Source: a virus
Direction: 5' to 3' (one strand)
Length of the DNA: 64,000 bases
Virus record (IMG/VR): IMGVR_UViG_3300031112_000001
The translations under genes were made by a program, and so were the position numbers. The notes below the pieces were generated by a model. That model was not told the DNA's origin. It did no database searches and saw nothing but the letters and a program-made list of their open reading frames with translations. Of the stretch, positions 26,964-37,345 are shown in pieces; positions within the stretch are counted from its first letter, which is position 1, and each line of letters begins with the position of its first letter.

Positions 26964-27407
26964 ATGACACACAAAGTTTCTTTAGGCGGACTCGTCTACG
27001 ATTTCAAACGTGCGAACGAAGGCCAAGGTGTGCAGGCCACGCGTGCCTTGACTGCACTGGTGGCGTTCTCCATTGCGTTCTCTACACCGGTTCCGGACAA
27101 CGGCATCAACGGCTCACTGGAAGCGGCTAACCAGTTGCTGCGCCCACTGATGAGTTCGGTTATCTCTGATGTCAACGAAATCATGCAGGTTGACTTAGGG
27201 TCGATTCAAGACCTGACGTCGGGCCTGTACCTGAACCGTTACGACTCAGCGTGGGGCCGCTACAAAGCACTGGAAGCGTTCACCATCAAACAAATCTTTG
27301 ATGACGCGGTCGGTAGCGATGTCTGGGCAACCGTGACCCTGTGGGCAGAGCGCTTCTTGGAAGCGGTTGGTTTCTACATGCAGGAACTGAAAGGACAGGC
27401 AGCATGA
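26964..27407 (+). CDS. hypothetical protein (147 aa)
   Basis: ATG at 26964 (MTHKVSLGG). The upstream extension to 26829 overlaps the previous gene and is Arg-rich noise. Confidence 0.7.
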   Translation: MTHKVSLGGLVYDFKRANEGQGVQATRALTALVAFSIAFSTPVPDNGINGSLEAANQLLRPLMSSVISDVNEIMQVDLGSIQDLTSGLYLNRYDSAWGRYKALEAFTIKQIFDDAVGSDVWATVTLWAERFLEAVGFYMQELKGQAA

Positions 27408-29101
27408 CTTCAATGACTGGGCCTTCGGGCACCGTCAGTGTTCACCCGAAATGGCGTCTGGGTGAGATTGGCGCTTTGTTAAAAGACCGCATGGACGAGA
27501 AGGTTGATTCCGTTGACCAGCTTTCTTTGTACATGCAACGCAACGATGCTGACTTGGTGTACGGTGCGCGTCTGATGACGCAGATTGAAGCCGTTATCGA
27601 GCAGGTCAAACGTCAGGGGTTAAGCCGTGACCAAGCCGTGGCAGTGGAGTCGGTTCGCCCGGGGACCATCCCAAGCAACGTGCAAAAGCTGCTGACCTCC
27701 AACTACAGCCGTACGCACCAGAAAGAAACACTGGTGGCGCTAGAGTCGTGGGCCAAAGCCGGTCGCATGGGGCTTATCGTACTGGCCATCACTGCACTGC
27801 TGAAAGTGGTGTCGTGGATTATCGAGAACGGGAAACCGTTTGGGGGTAAAGGCGATGCGGATGCGAGCGGGTATGCTGAGAAAGTCAAAGAGAAAGTTGA
27901 TGCCGTTGAAGTTGGTGGCAAGAGTGTACTGGGCTCACTGACCATCACAGCAGTGAAAGACGCGTATCTGGCGTATGCCAAAGATGCCTCGTCTGTTGAC
28001 CACTACAACCTCTCCACCGCACAGCTTGACAAAGTGCTGACTGACCTTAAAGCTGAAGACTTCCTGAACAAGGTTGCGGCAGCCAATGGTGGTAAGTCAC
28101 CGTTCATGAACATGTTCTCTGAATATGCCAAGGGCGGAAAGAAAGCCGAGAACGAAGTGCTGTTCGACGCAATCGATGCACTGCTGGGCATGTGCGTGAC
28201 CTCTGCGGTGTTCGACTCACGGACGTCTCAGGAAGCGTACAGCCGCCTGCCGAAGACTGTGCAAGCAACCGGTATGAAGTTCGCCTGTGAGCTCGTGTAC
28301 AAGCGTTACGGTAACACGGTGAAAGAACTCATCGATTACTTCAACGTGATGATGCGCGGGTTTGCGGCGATGGACAAGCAGAGCCTGTTGCAGAACTACC
28401 GTGACCCACACGGCGTGTTCACCAAAGGCCAACGTTCGGTATTCCCGGCCGGTGATATCGCCGTAGGGTTGTTCTCAGAAGGTCTGGAGCAGCTGAACAA
28501 CGCCTCGATGGGCATTGTCGATGACGCCACCCGTGGCTTCTCCTTCGACATGGGCCCTGCGGTGTTAATCGGCCCTGCACAGTCGCGTGACTTGGTCGGT
28601 TACGACGAAGGGATTGACATGGTGAACGGCATTCGCCTGCACACCACGCAAGAAGGGGCGTACTTTACCCGTAGCTCGTTCCAAACCCTGCGTGAGAAAA
28701 TCAAACTCACTGCAACCGATGCCCGTGGTATCTTGGCCGCACTGGTGTGTCTGAATCCCGAGGGTTACACCAAGGATGCTAACCGGGGTGCACTGAGTAA
28801 CTACACAGCACTGCGCCAGCAGATTGACCAGTTCATGAAAGTGTTTGAGAAATGGGCCGAGGGTGTCAACAAACTCGAGCCGGACTTCTTCAAATACCTC
28901 GCGGATGCTATCCAGCGGGATGTCGGTCAAGGCAAACGTGGTAGCGGTGACGGGCGTGAGCTGTCTCTGGTGTACATGAAGTCCGATGACTTTGTGACCG
29001 GGCTACGTGCGAACATGGATGTGGTCCGCCGCATCTGCATCGCCGGGGCCTCGTTGCAGGCGGTAGCGAATACCTCCACACGCAACAAGATGGCGAAATA
29101 A
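27404..29101 (+). CDS. hypothetical membrane-associated protein (565 aa)
   Basis: ATGA coupling at 27404. One predicted TM helix, GRMGLIVLAITALLKVVSWII. Followed by a bidirectional terminator. Confidence 0.7.
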   Translation: MTSMTGPSGTVSVHPKWRLGEIGALLKDRMDEKVDSVDQLSLYMQRNDADLVYGARLMTQIEAVIEQVKRQGLSRDQAVAVESVRPGTIPSNVQKLLTSNYSRTHQKETLVALESWAKAGRMGLIVLAITALLKVVSWIIENGKPFGGKGDADASGYAEKVKEKVDAVEVGGKSVLGSLTITAVKDAYLAYAKDASSVDHYNLSTAQLDKVLTDLKAEDFLNKVAAANGGKSPFMNMFSEYAKGGKKAENEVLFDAIDALLGMCVTSAVFDSRTSQEAYSRLPKTVQATGMKFACELVYKRYGNTVKELIDYFNVMMRGFAAMDKQSLLQNYRDPHGVFTKGQRSVFPAGDIAVGLFSEGLEQLNNASMGIVDDATRGFSFDMGPAVLIGPAQSRDLVGYDEGIDMVNGIRLHTTQEGAYFTRSSFQTLREKIKLTATDARGILAALVCLNPEGYTKDANRGALSNYTALRQQIDQFMKVFEKWAEGVNKLEPDFFKYLADAIQRDVGQGKRGSGDGRELSLVYMKSDDFVTGLRANMDVVRRICIAGASLQAVANTSTRNKMAK

Positions 29102-29109
29102 AGAAAAGT

Positions 29110-29147
29110 CCCACCTCCTTTGCGGGAGGTGGGTACTTCATTTTATT
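29110..29147. terminator. bidirectional terminator between convergent genes
   Basis: CCCACCTCC-tttgcg-GGAGGTGGG (9 bp), then TACTTCATTTTATTT. Flanked by A-rich sequence upstream. Confidence 0.7.
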
Positions 29148-32097
29148 TGGCGTCGGTGTCGTGGCGGTTAAAGGCCAAGACAATGTCGTCCTTGAGTTTC
29201 ATGGTGCCGTCAACATCAAGCGTCAGGACTTTACCAATGGTGGCTTGTGAAGCATCGCCCACCACGGTGAAGATACGCCAATCGCTGTCTGGCCCCATGC
29301 CACCCATTTCCACGGCAATCACGGACTCCAGCAACTCTGACTTCAATGCCTCGCCCAGCTTGGTGGCTGAAACGGTTTTGTTGGCAATGAGGTAATCGTT
29401 GATGACCTTCGAGGTTTTGCTGCGGATGATTTTCAGCAGGTCGGTGTTCTGACGGTTCGCGGCCGTCAAGTAGTAACTGACGGTGAAGCGGTTCTCTGCC
29501 TGAATCGGGGTCACGGTACCGTCCTCGGTACGCGCTTGGATGTAACCCATGGTGGTAACGGGAACGAAGTACGCTTCCGTCTGGTCAAGCAAGCTCCCTG
29601 CCATCGCAGGAATCTTCACGGTCACCACATTCACGATGTAGTCAATCACCGAGCGCAGATACGCCTGCACCGTGGGGTCGGTGGCAAACATATACCGGGC
29701 ATCGTAAACTGACATTTCGCTGCGGAAGATAAGGCTACGCGGTTTGTCAATAATCGGTTGGTTATTGGCATCACGCATCAAGTCACCTTTACTAAAGCGG
29801 ATAACCTGATTGCCTTTGTCGTCCAGTACCGGATCACCCTTGCGGTGTTCGTACACGAACTCGATGGTGTTGGTTGCCGGGTCGTAGGTGTACTCTGGCA
29901 CCGACTCGGTGCCGTCCTTGTACTTCAGGATATCCGACTCGTAGAACGCCAGTACGTCCTCTTGGTAGTATTTGTAGTTAATCCCATCCGTTTGGGGACG
30001 GGCTTTACGCCAATACGCCGAGAGCGCCTTACCAAGTTGCAGGGTATAAATCTCCTGCGTCACACCAATCGCATCACGGGTCGGAGGCACGAGAATCGCA
30101 TCCATGGAGGCACGCTCGTAGTTTCCCGGGTAGTAACCGGTCACACCGAAGAACACGTTGAACTCCGCTTCCAGTCCCACCGGTACCGGTGTGGCATTGG
30201 CAGAGGCCAGACGGGTGTTGGTCAACACCAGTTCATCGTTACGGTCCACATCGAGATTGGTCTCCAGCGGGAACTCCCACACACGCTCATCGTCACGATA
30301 CCCAATCAGGGTGCCGTTGATGTACGCGTACTGGCCGGTGTAGCCACGCGGGACGTAGGAGATTTGTGCAAAGCACTGGTCATCGGCAATCGCCTTATAC
30401 GAGGCTTCGGACTTCGTGGTGACGCGCAGCGCAAACCCTTTCTCGGTACTCACCAGTTCGTAATCACCGGACACCACACTCAGCGTGGTAGACACGTTGG
30501 TGGAGACAAAGCGTTTCCCCGTGACCTGTGGACTGTCCAGCTGATAGATACGCACATCAATCGCGGTGTTGTTGATATCCACCACGTAATGGAACGGGGT
30601 GAACATGTACGGCACGGCGTTAGCGAGGTTAATCAGTTGGTCAGGCGAGAGGTTCTTGGCAAGCTCCGTCATCTGCGCATCGACGGTAATCGACCCGTTG
30701 GTGTAACGGTAGATAGTTGAGGGCATAATCGTCAGACGGTTGTCATTCACCCGCACGGTCGAGAGGTTCGCTAACTCGTCCCAGCTAAACAGCAGTGGGG
30801 CGGTCAGGGCACCAATCGGCGAGCTTACCCCTTTCACGGTGGAGGGTGGCAGGGCAGAAGACAGGTGGAACGTACGGCCCGTCACGTAGTCGATAGGCAC
30901 CGACAAGTCCAGACCGTAATCGTTGGCTGTCGACTTCGCCTGTGCCAAGGTCACGGGAAGCTGGCGTTGTCCCACGGCGTTGTTCACCACGCGGTCACGC
31001 AGTTCTGCAAAGGTCAACGGCAGACGACCCCCGGTAGTAACAGACCCGGTTTCGGCAGTGAGCTGGCGAATCTGGAAGTCTTTGATGGGGTTGGTGTAGG
31101 TCTCATCAATCTCCCCGTTAAAGTCCCGCAGGCCAAAGGTGAACTGGTCACCGGTGTAGGACGAGATATCCACACTGAGGGGTCCCAACGTCGTGTAGAT
31201 GTCCAGTCGAATCTCACCCGACACCAATCCCGTTTGCAAGTAGATAGACGGGATAGTCAGACGCACGTTCTGTCCACTTACCTGAATCAACCCGGTGGCC
31301 ACCTGTGGGTCGTACACGTCACGGGAATGCGTGTGCTTAATCTCAACCCACGTCTTGCTGCCCGAGGCCATCATCCACACACGGGCGTAGAAGAAGTTAT
31401 TGGTAAAGGTGCGGTCCATGATGAACTGACTGTTACCGGCCACGGTATCGTGGTTGTTCTCTGACGACACCGAGTATTGCAACATCGGGATGCGGATACC
31501 CAACAGCTGCGACGTGGTGTTCGGGGCACTGGTCAGAATCCAATCCAGCGCATTCGTTGAGACCGGGGTAATCGGTGACTGGTTCTCGGTTAACCACACC
31601 ACCTGAAACGCCGGTTGCTCAACAGTACCGTAGGGCAGCACACGAATCTCAATCGGGTACTGAATCGCAAAGTCGTAGCCCGCCACTTTAAAGACCGTGT
31701 CGCGGGGGAAGGTGACTCGGCGCACCCCGTCAGAAACCAGTGGCATGGCTTTAGAGAGAATCGAGTCCACATCCAGCACCAGTAACATTGGCACACTGGA
31801 CGGTTGGGCAAAGACATCCACGTAGTCCACATCGGACATGTGACGGAACAGGTCGTCGTAGTCGTTGGCCATGGACGGGTAGACTTTGGGCAGCAGCTCA
31901 CGCTGACTCTGGATACTGGCGTGGGCCAACATGATACCCATCTCAGCGATAAACACCACCGGGTCGGTTGGGTCCATGAGAACGATTTGGTTGTTCTCCT
32001 CAACAGCCGCCAGTTGGTTTAAGGCCAAGGTCTGCATCGCCGCGGGGTTATGCGCCAGCAATAGCATGTTCTTTTTAAGCGTGTCGTAAGTATCCAT
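29143..32097 (-). CDS. hypothetical large protein (984 aa; possibly virion structural)
   Basis: Start at MDTYDTLKK (32097) is ATGA-coupled to the upstream gene's stop. Long uninterrupted ORF; no catalytic motifs recognised. Confidence 0.8.
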   Translation of the reverse strand: MDTYDTLKKNMLLLAHNPAAMQTLALNQLAAVEENNQIVLMDPTDPVVFIAEMGIMLAHASIQSQRELLPKVYPSMANDYDDLFRHMSDVDYVDVFAQPSSVPMLLVLDVDSILSKAMPLVSDGVRRVTFPRDTVFKVAGYDFAIQYPIEIRVLPYGTVEQPAFQVVWLTENQSPITPVSTNALDWILTSAPNTTSQLLGIRIPMLQYSVSSENNHDTVAGNSQFIMDRTFTNNFFYARVWMMASGSKTWVEIKHTHSRDVYDPQVATGLIQVSGQNVRLTIPSIYLQTGLVSGEIRLDIYTTLGPLSVDISSYTGDQFTFGLRDFNGEIDETYTNPIKDFQIRQLTAETGSVTTGGRLPLTFAELRDRVVNNAVGQRQLPVTLAQAKSTANDYGLDLSVPIDYVTGRTFHLSSALPPSTVKGVSSPIGALTAPLLFSWDELANLSTVRVNDNRLTIMPSTIYRYTNGSITVDAQMTELAKNLSPDQLINLANAVPYMFTPFHYVVDINNTAIDVRIYQLDSPQVTGKRFVSTNVSTTLSVVSGDYELVSTEKGFALRVTTKSEASYKAIADDQCFAQISYVPRGYTGQYAYINGTLIGYRDDERVWEFPLETNLDVDRNDELVLTNTRLASANATPVPVGLEAEFNVFFGVTGYYPGNYERASMDAILVPPTRDAIGVTQEIYTLQLGKALSAYWRKARPQTDGINYKYYQEDVLAFYESDILKYKDGTESVPEYTYDPATNTIEFVYEHRKGDPVLDDKGNQVIRFSKGDLMRDANNQPIIDKPRSLIFRSEMSVYDARYMFATDPTVQAYLRSVIDYIVNVVTVKIPAMAGSLLDQTEAYFVPVTTMGYIQARTEDGTVTPIQAENRFTVSYYLTAANRQNTDLLKIIRSKTSKVINDYLIANKTVSATKLGEALKSELLESVIAVEMGGMGPDSDWRIFTVVGDASQATIGKVLTLDVDGTMKLKDDIVLAFNRHDTDAK

Positions 32098-33350
32098 CAG
32101 CGTAGGATTCCTGCTTTGGTCAGCACAGTACGGTAGTCGGCTTGGTAAACGTACCAAGTGATGCGACGGCGTACGGAGTCAAGATAAGGATAGCCGTAGT
32201 AGTTAAACAGCGGCAGGAGCTCGGCCGGAATCGGCACCAGTGAGTTACCCCCAAGCGGGGTGAACGTCTCCTGACGGGGGTCAGGGGTCATGTCCGGGTT
32301 GAAGATAGCCACCGAGCGGTTAAACATTTCCATGTACAGCGGGTCGTTATAGCGTGCCCCAAACATCTGCCAGTTAATGGTGACGGTGGTGTCATCATCC
32401 AGTGACGGTTTGGAGTTATCGACCTGTGCCATTGCACCGGCATTGTTGTTCGTTGGAAAGCCCACACACATCGTCCAAAAACGGGAGATGTTGCCCAAGG
32501 CGTCGTAGCGAATGCCGTAGATGCGGCTGAAGTAGTCCATGCGACGTTGAATGGAGTTGCGAATCTTGGGCTTGAACTTGCCCATCTTCACCCCGGCCAT
32601 GTATTCCAACCACACCGACATCATGCGCATTATCGGGTCACCGTACGGGTTATTCAGGGTGGCCGACACCGTGTAGGCGTTGTTCACCTCGTTGGTGGAG
32701 TCGACCATCCCGTACTGCTCACGCATCAAACCTTCCTGCGAAGTCCACACGTCCACCGACTCATCCGGCGGGGCCGAGAGGCTCATTAGCTGTGTGCTGA
32801 GTAATGGTATGAAAGCCTGTAGGTTATCGAATGGAATGTCTGGGTGGAAAGGTGTCCCCAGTCGGTTTTTTCGCTGACCATTAGCATTGCGTGGAGCATC
32901 CGAAAACCCGAGCTCAAAGTCCGGGTCGAGTGCCGCCAGTATCGAGTAATCGAGCGAGCCCTTGGGTTGTGCCGCCATGTTCGAGAAGCGACGCGAGTTA
33001 GCAATATTGTCAAACTCGAAGTTGCAATCCGGTCGGGTAAAGAATGTCAGTCCGCCGTATTCCTTGTTAATGGGAACAGGGCTGGAGGCCATTCTATGGT
33101 TGAAACCCATGAGGGGGTTTGTCATGCGTTGTGCAGCCAACCCTTGGCCGCTAAGCAAACGTAAGCGGGACGTCCATGCCGTTAACTCATCATTGATGTT
33201 AAACGCTTTGTTCGGGTTAACGGTAGACCGGCGCGCATCAATGTATCCCGCGACTGAGGGCACGGCATCCGCATTATTCGGGTTGCTATAGCCGGAGTCC
33301 TCCGGGGTATTGGGATCATATCCCGGATCGTTTTCAGTCTCGTTACTCAT
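32097..33350 (-). CDS. hypothetical protein (417 aa)
   Basis: ATG at 33350 (MSNETEND) with GGAG 6 nt upstream. The track start at 33401 would overlap the divergent gene. Confidence 0.75.
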   Translation of the reverse strand: MSNETENDPGYDPNTPEDSGYSNPNNADAVPSVAGYIDARRSTVNPNKAFNINDELTAWTSRLRLLSGQGLAAQRMTNPLMGFNHRMASSPVPINKEYGGLTFFTRPDCNFEFDNIANSRRFSNMAAQPKGSLDYSILAALDPDFELGFSDAPRNANGQRKNRLGTPFHPDIPFDNLQAFIPLLSTQLMSLSAPPDESVDVWTSQEGLMREQYGMVDSTNEVNNAYTVSATLNNPYGDPIMRMMSVWLEYMAGVKMGKFKPKIRNSIQRRMDYFSRIYGIRYDALGNISRFWTMCVGFPTNNNAGAMAQVDNSKPSLDDDTTVTINWQMFGARYNDPLYMEMFNRSVAIFNPDMTPDPRQETFTPLGGNSLVPIPAELLPLFNYYGYPYLDSVRRRITWYVYQADYRTVLTKAGILR

Positions 33351-33376
33351 TATTAACTCCGGAGTTAGAAAAAAAG

Positions 33377-34540
33377 ATGATACAGAGAACCGTAGAGTCA
33401 AGCGTAATCACGTTCTTAGCTGCCTTCCCCTCGCTGTTTCGTCAGCGGGCGGACTCGCTGGAGGAGTTCAACTCCGTTCTACAGAATGACTATACCACGC
33501 TGGTAGAAGATAGCCTGTTGGGCTTGGATTATCTGCCGGGCATTATGGAAAAGATGCAGCTGCTGTTGGCGGGGCAAACCCTGACCGCCGTGTCACTGCT
33601 GACCGGTGTTCCGGAAGTCGACGTTATCGGCACGCTGGACAAAATCTCCACCAAACGTAGCGCGTTGGATGCTGCGGTTCGTACCGGTAGTGCACTGGGT
33701 GCATTGGCAATCGGCGAGTCGTCACGTCCGGGTCGCTTTGCGCTGCCGTCATACGATAACCTCGCCCTTGCGGTCGGTGAATCATCCCGCCGTAAAGTGG
33801 CACGTGAATCGCGCGATGGCAAGAGCAATGAGCGCACCAGCGCTACCCTGCAAAGCGATTTCGCGAAGCGTCTGAGCGAGCAGGAAAGCCTGTCGTCTGG
33901 TAAGCAGTTCAGCGTGACCTTTGAGCGTAATGGCAACAAGCTGGAAGTCCCGATGCGTGTGCGTCTGGAAGTCAGCTCAACCGATACGACCTCAATCGAA
34001 AACATCATCCTGCTCGGCGAACAGAACCGTAGCATGTGGGAGCGTTGGATTCGTGTCTCGACCAACAAGAGCGGTGGTTCGGGTGCGGTTGACAAAATCC
34101 GTGCAGCAAAAGATATCGCGTTCTCAAACGACCTTATCGATGAGTACCGTAAGAATCGCTTCCGCGACAAATCGGGCTATTACTCTAAGATGATGGAGAA
34201 GAGAAACGGTAACTGGCTGTCTGGCATGTTAACCCTGTCTCCGTCCATCAACAACGCCTCGGCCCTGATGATTGTTTCGCAGGAAACCATCGACGGCTTA
34301 GAAGCGCGTCTGGGTGGTGACTTCGACGACTTCAACGTGCGCAAGCGTGTGTTCGAAAACACCCTGACCATGTACTACGTCGTGGTTGACCAGACATGGG
34401 GTCGTGTCACTATCTACACCCGCGGTCAGAACGGTTCTCAGCAGCTGGATAAGAACGATTTCAGCAAAGCGAAGGCTGGCTCTGCCGACGTGAACAAAAT
34501 CATCGAAGCGTATCGCTCCGGTGCTCAACCGGTGCTTTAA
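33377..34540 (+). CDS. hypothetical protein (387 aa); candidate protease-processed head protein
   Basis: Contains VARE|S (A-x-E site) and an internal repeat, IGESSRPGR / VGESSRRKV. Lies in the same + strand block as the tandem head-protein-like paralogs. Confidence 0.7.
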   Translation: MIQRTVESSVITFLAAFPSLFRQRADSLEEFNSVLQNDYTTLVEDSLLGLDYLPGIMEKMQLLLAGQTLTAVSLLTGVPEVDVIGTLDKISTKRSALDAAVRTGSALGALAIGESSRPGRFALPSYDNLALAVGESSRRKVARESRDGKSNERTSATLQSDFAKRLSEQESLSSGKQFSVTFERNGNKLEVPMRVRLEVSSTDTTSIENIILLGEQNRSMWERWIRVSTNKSGGSGAVDKIRAAKDIAFSNDLIDEYRKNRFRDKSGYYSKMMEKRNGNWLSGMLTLSPSINNASALMIVSQETIDGLEARLGGDFDDFNVRKRVFENTLTMYYVVVDQTWGRVTIYTRGQNGSQQLDKNDFSKAKAGSADVNKIIEAYRSGAQPVL

Positions 34541-34550
34541 GGGGTCTTTC

Positions 34551-35486
34551 ATGCCTATTCCGAACATGCTGGCAATGTTACTGCCAAGCTTTGAGTCCGT
34601 TAACCTGAAGAACCAACTCTCGTCCAACTGTGACGCGATTGGGGAAGCGCTGCTGCCACGTTTCCAAACGTTGCAAGAAGTCATCGGGACGCAGGAAGGG
34701 AAACCTTTCAAACATGCCGATGTGCAGGCCATGAGCGAAGACATGGTCTCGACGCTGCGCACCAGTAACCTGAACGTGAAAGGGCTGCGTGTGGCCTCGA
34801 TGCTGGAATACATCATTCCTTCATTAGAGAACGTCCTGACCCTGCGTAGCTTCTTAGAGCAGCACATCACCAAAGACATCGGTAAGTCTCTGGTGACCTC
34901 GTCGCTGACCTTTAACAAGCAGACCCTGCTGCAGATGCTCGACATCATCGACTTCACGGTTAAGTACAGCAGCATCCTGCTGAACTACGTGACGGCGGTT
35001 GAGCTGAACGCGGTTGAAGGGTCAAACATCGACGGTGGTGCGGTTGCCCCGAACGATGTGCAGTATCTGAAAACGCAGAACATGGTTTACTGCATCGCGC
35101 TGCGTGTGCTGGGTACGCCTATCAACAAACTGAAAGCGGACTACGCTGAGATTCCGGAAGCTATCTTTGATGAAGATACCTACAACGACCTCGTGGCCTC
35201 TTTCGGTACAGGTACAACCGACCCGCTCGGCATGAGTGCGGTACCGTTCCCGCTGACACTGGTCTACCGTGCCCGTCTGAACTTTGCTGAATGGCAGATG
35301 GACCGTTACGACGAATGTGTGGCGGCCGGTAAAGCGGCAGAGCTGCGTATTCTGCTGTGGAAAAAGCAGCAGGCAGAAGGCAATGGCGATGCGGCTATTG
35401 AGCGTCTGATCAAAGACCAGGAAAAACGCTTGATGGACCTCAAGTACAAGCGTGAGAAACTGGAGAAGAAGTATGGACTTCAATAA
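34551..35486 (+). CDS. hypothetical protein (311 aa)
   Basis: ATG at 34551 with AAGGGG upstream, 10 nt after the previous stop. Confidence 0.7.
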   Translation: MPIPNMLAMLLPSFESVNLKNQLSSNCDAIGEALLPRFQTLQEVIGTQEGKPFKHADVQAMSEDMVSTLRTSNLNVKGLRVASMLEYIIPSLENVLTLRSFLEQHITKDIGKSLVTSSLTFNKQTLLQMLDIIDFTVKYSSILLNYVTAVELNAVEGSNIDGGAVAPNDVQYLKTQNMVYCIALRVLGTPINKLKADYAEIPEAIFDEDTYNDLVASFGTGTTDPLGMSAVPFPLTLVYRARLNFAEWQMDRYDECVAAGKAAELRILLWKKQQAEGNGDAAIERLIKDQEKRLMDLKYKREKLEKKYGLQ

Positions 35487-36015
35487 CGCCGAACAGGCCA
35501 TCAAAGAGTACATGGACCTGCTTAGCCAGAACGCGGTGCTGGTTCATGATGATGCGGTGATTCACGCCGTGCTCCCGGCCTGTGCTGTGGTTCTGGCACG
35601 TTTCCGTCTCTGCGCGCTGCAAAGCGTTCAGGAAGTATTATATGACGAATACCCGCAAATCGGGTTTACCTTTAATACGTTCTATAATGAGACGGTTCAA
35701 TTCCTTCTCGATGGAAAACGTCGCGAAATTTCAGTTGGGCAATACTCCATTCTGATGCAACAGTATATGAACGATGTTCATGGTACGAAGTACGTGCGTC
35801 AGACTGGTAGCCTTGGTAGTCGAATGATGGCTGCTTCGTTCGGAGACTCCGGGCAAGTGCGTAATCTGGGTAATGCGCATCAAACGCAAAGGCCGGACAC
35901 CCGTCTGTTATCTTATGCAGACCACGAACTGCTGGCGCAGTGGCTTACGCGTGTCAATGGATTGTCTGACATGGTATCCTCGCTCGCAGTATTTTTAAAG
36001 ATCGCACGTCCCTGA
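35473..36015 (+). CDS. hypothetical protein (180 aa)
   Basis: ATG at 35473 (MDFNNAEQ) with a GGAG RBS. 14-nt overlap with the upstream gene. Confidence 0.7.
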   Translation: MDFNNAEQAIKEYMDLLSQNAVLVHDDAVIHAVLPACAVVLARFRLCALQSVQEVLYDEYPQIGFTFNTFYNETVQFLLDGKRREISVGQYSILMQQYMNDVHGTKYVRQTGSLGSRMMAASFGDSGQVRNLGNAHQTQRPDTRLLSYADHELLAQWLTRVNGLSDMVSSLAVFLKIARP

Positions 36016-36073
36016 GGGGGCCCCTTATTCAGGGGCGTGTGGGTATTTGGTTATAACCAATAGGAACTGAAGC

Positions 36074-37345
36074 ATGAACTTTATCCAACAGCGACTGGCG
36101 CGTGAGTCAGTGGAAAACACTGATCCAAGCGCAATTGACGGCCTGAGCAACGTTGAGACTTCTGAAGATAACCTCGACGTGCAACTGACCGAAGTGGCTT
36201 CTATCGATGGTCAGCTTGACCGTCTGGACGGCGACCAAGAAACTCTGGCTGTCGATACCGATCGTACCGAAGATGCCATCGAGCAGGCGAGCGAAGCCGT
36301 TGAAAACGGTGAAGAGCTGCCAGAAGAAACCATCAGCAAAACCGAAGTGGCGCAGGAATCTATCCGTCGTCGCTGGGCAATCGACAAGCCGAAACTGGCT
36401 CGTGAAAGCTACCGTCGCGGCCGTGGCATGACCATCGCTGCGCAGGAAGGCTGGAAAGAAACGCTGAAAGATCTGTGGAAGCGTTTCATCGAGTTCTGCA
36501 ACATGGTTATCGACAAAATCAAAGATGCCAAGCTGAAATACCTGAACGTGGGTAAAACCGCGCAGGGTCGTGCCAAGAAGTATCAGGCTGCGATTAAAAC
36601 GCTGGGCAAAAAGAACAAAGAGCAGATCTCTGGCGGCTTCATCAGCAAGCTCTCCATCGAAGGTCAGTTCAATCTGGAACAGTCTGTTGCTGCGGCGAAA
36701 GACGTTACCGGTGGTAAAGCGAAATCAGCGATCAGCCATCTGCAGGGCCAAGCGGCTTCTGCTGAAACCGTTGTGACCAAAGCGTCTAAGTCTGACAATG
36801 CCGTAGCGACCACTGGTTTCTACGACACTGTTGAGCTGTTCGGTACTGCGGCTAAGAAGATGAAGAATCTTCCGCAGTTCGACAACGAAGAAGCACAGCG
36901 TCTGTACGCGCTGCCGGGCAACGCCTACATCCAGTGTGGTAAGAAAGCCGTTAACGGCGTTGACTTCACTGCTGTTGGCTTCCTGTCAACGGGCGACCGC
37001 AGCGACAGCAAAGAGGTCGCTACTCCGGACATCGCGAAACTGAACTCTTCTGCTCAGTCTCTGGATGCTATCGGTAAAGGCTTCGAAAGCGTGCTGAAAG
37101 ATTTCCGCAGCTACGACGACGAGATCGGTAAACTGCGTGCTGCTGCACAGTCAGCGGCTAAAGCTATCGACTCTGCTGCCGACAACGCTGAGCACAAAAC
37201 TCTGAGCGCAGCCCGTTCTGCAGCTGACCAAGCGGTCCGTAACTACCAGACTCTGCATCGTGCAGTGTCTTACGTTGCGAACACCGTTATCAGCGGCCTG
37301 AATGGCTACATCGGTGCAGGCATCGGCGCTTACGCTAAAGGCTAA
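36074..37345 (+). CDS. paralog A of tandem 423-aa protein pair; candidate abundant, protease-processed head/internal protein
   Basis: Shares with 37424-38695: MNFIQQ(R/K)LARES, VAQESIRRRW, ARESY, NVGK(T/S)xQGRAKKY, GLNGYIxxGIxAxxKG. Has an acidic ~90-aa N-terminal region flanked by A-x-E|S sites. Codon usage looks strongly biased. Confidence 0.8.
   Translation: MNFIQQRLARESVENTDPSAIDGLSNVETSEDNLDVQLTEVASIDGQLDRLDGDQETLAVDTDRTEDAIEQASEAVENGEELPEETISKTEVAQESIRRRWAIDKPKLARESYRRGRGMTIAAQEGWKETLKDLWKRFIEFCNMVIDKIKDAKLKYLNVGKTAQGRAKKYQAAIKTLGKKNKEQISGGFISKLSIEGQFNLEQSVAAAKDVTGGKAKSAISHLQGQAASAETVVTKASKSDNAVATTGFYDTVELFGTAAKKMKNLPQFDNEEAQRLYALPGNAYIQCGKKAVNGVDFTAVGFLSTGDRSDSKEVATPDIAKLNSSAQSLDAIGKGFESVLKDFRSYDDEIGKLRAAAQSAAKAIDSAADNAEHKTLSAARSAADQAVRNYQTLHRAVSYVANTVISGLNGYIGAGIGAYAKG

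Noticed and set aside
29758-30720. 320-aa ORF on the + strand inside the 984-aa minus-strand gene
   Set aside because: It is antisense to a long, well-supported CDS. The translation is Val/Arg/His/Gly-rich, typical of the reverse frame of biased coding sequence. It has no RBS and no room in the operon structure.
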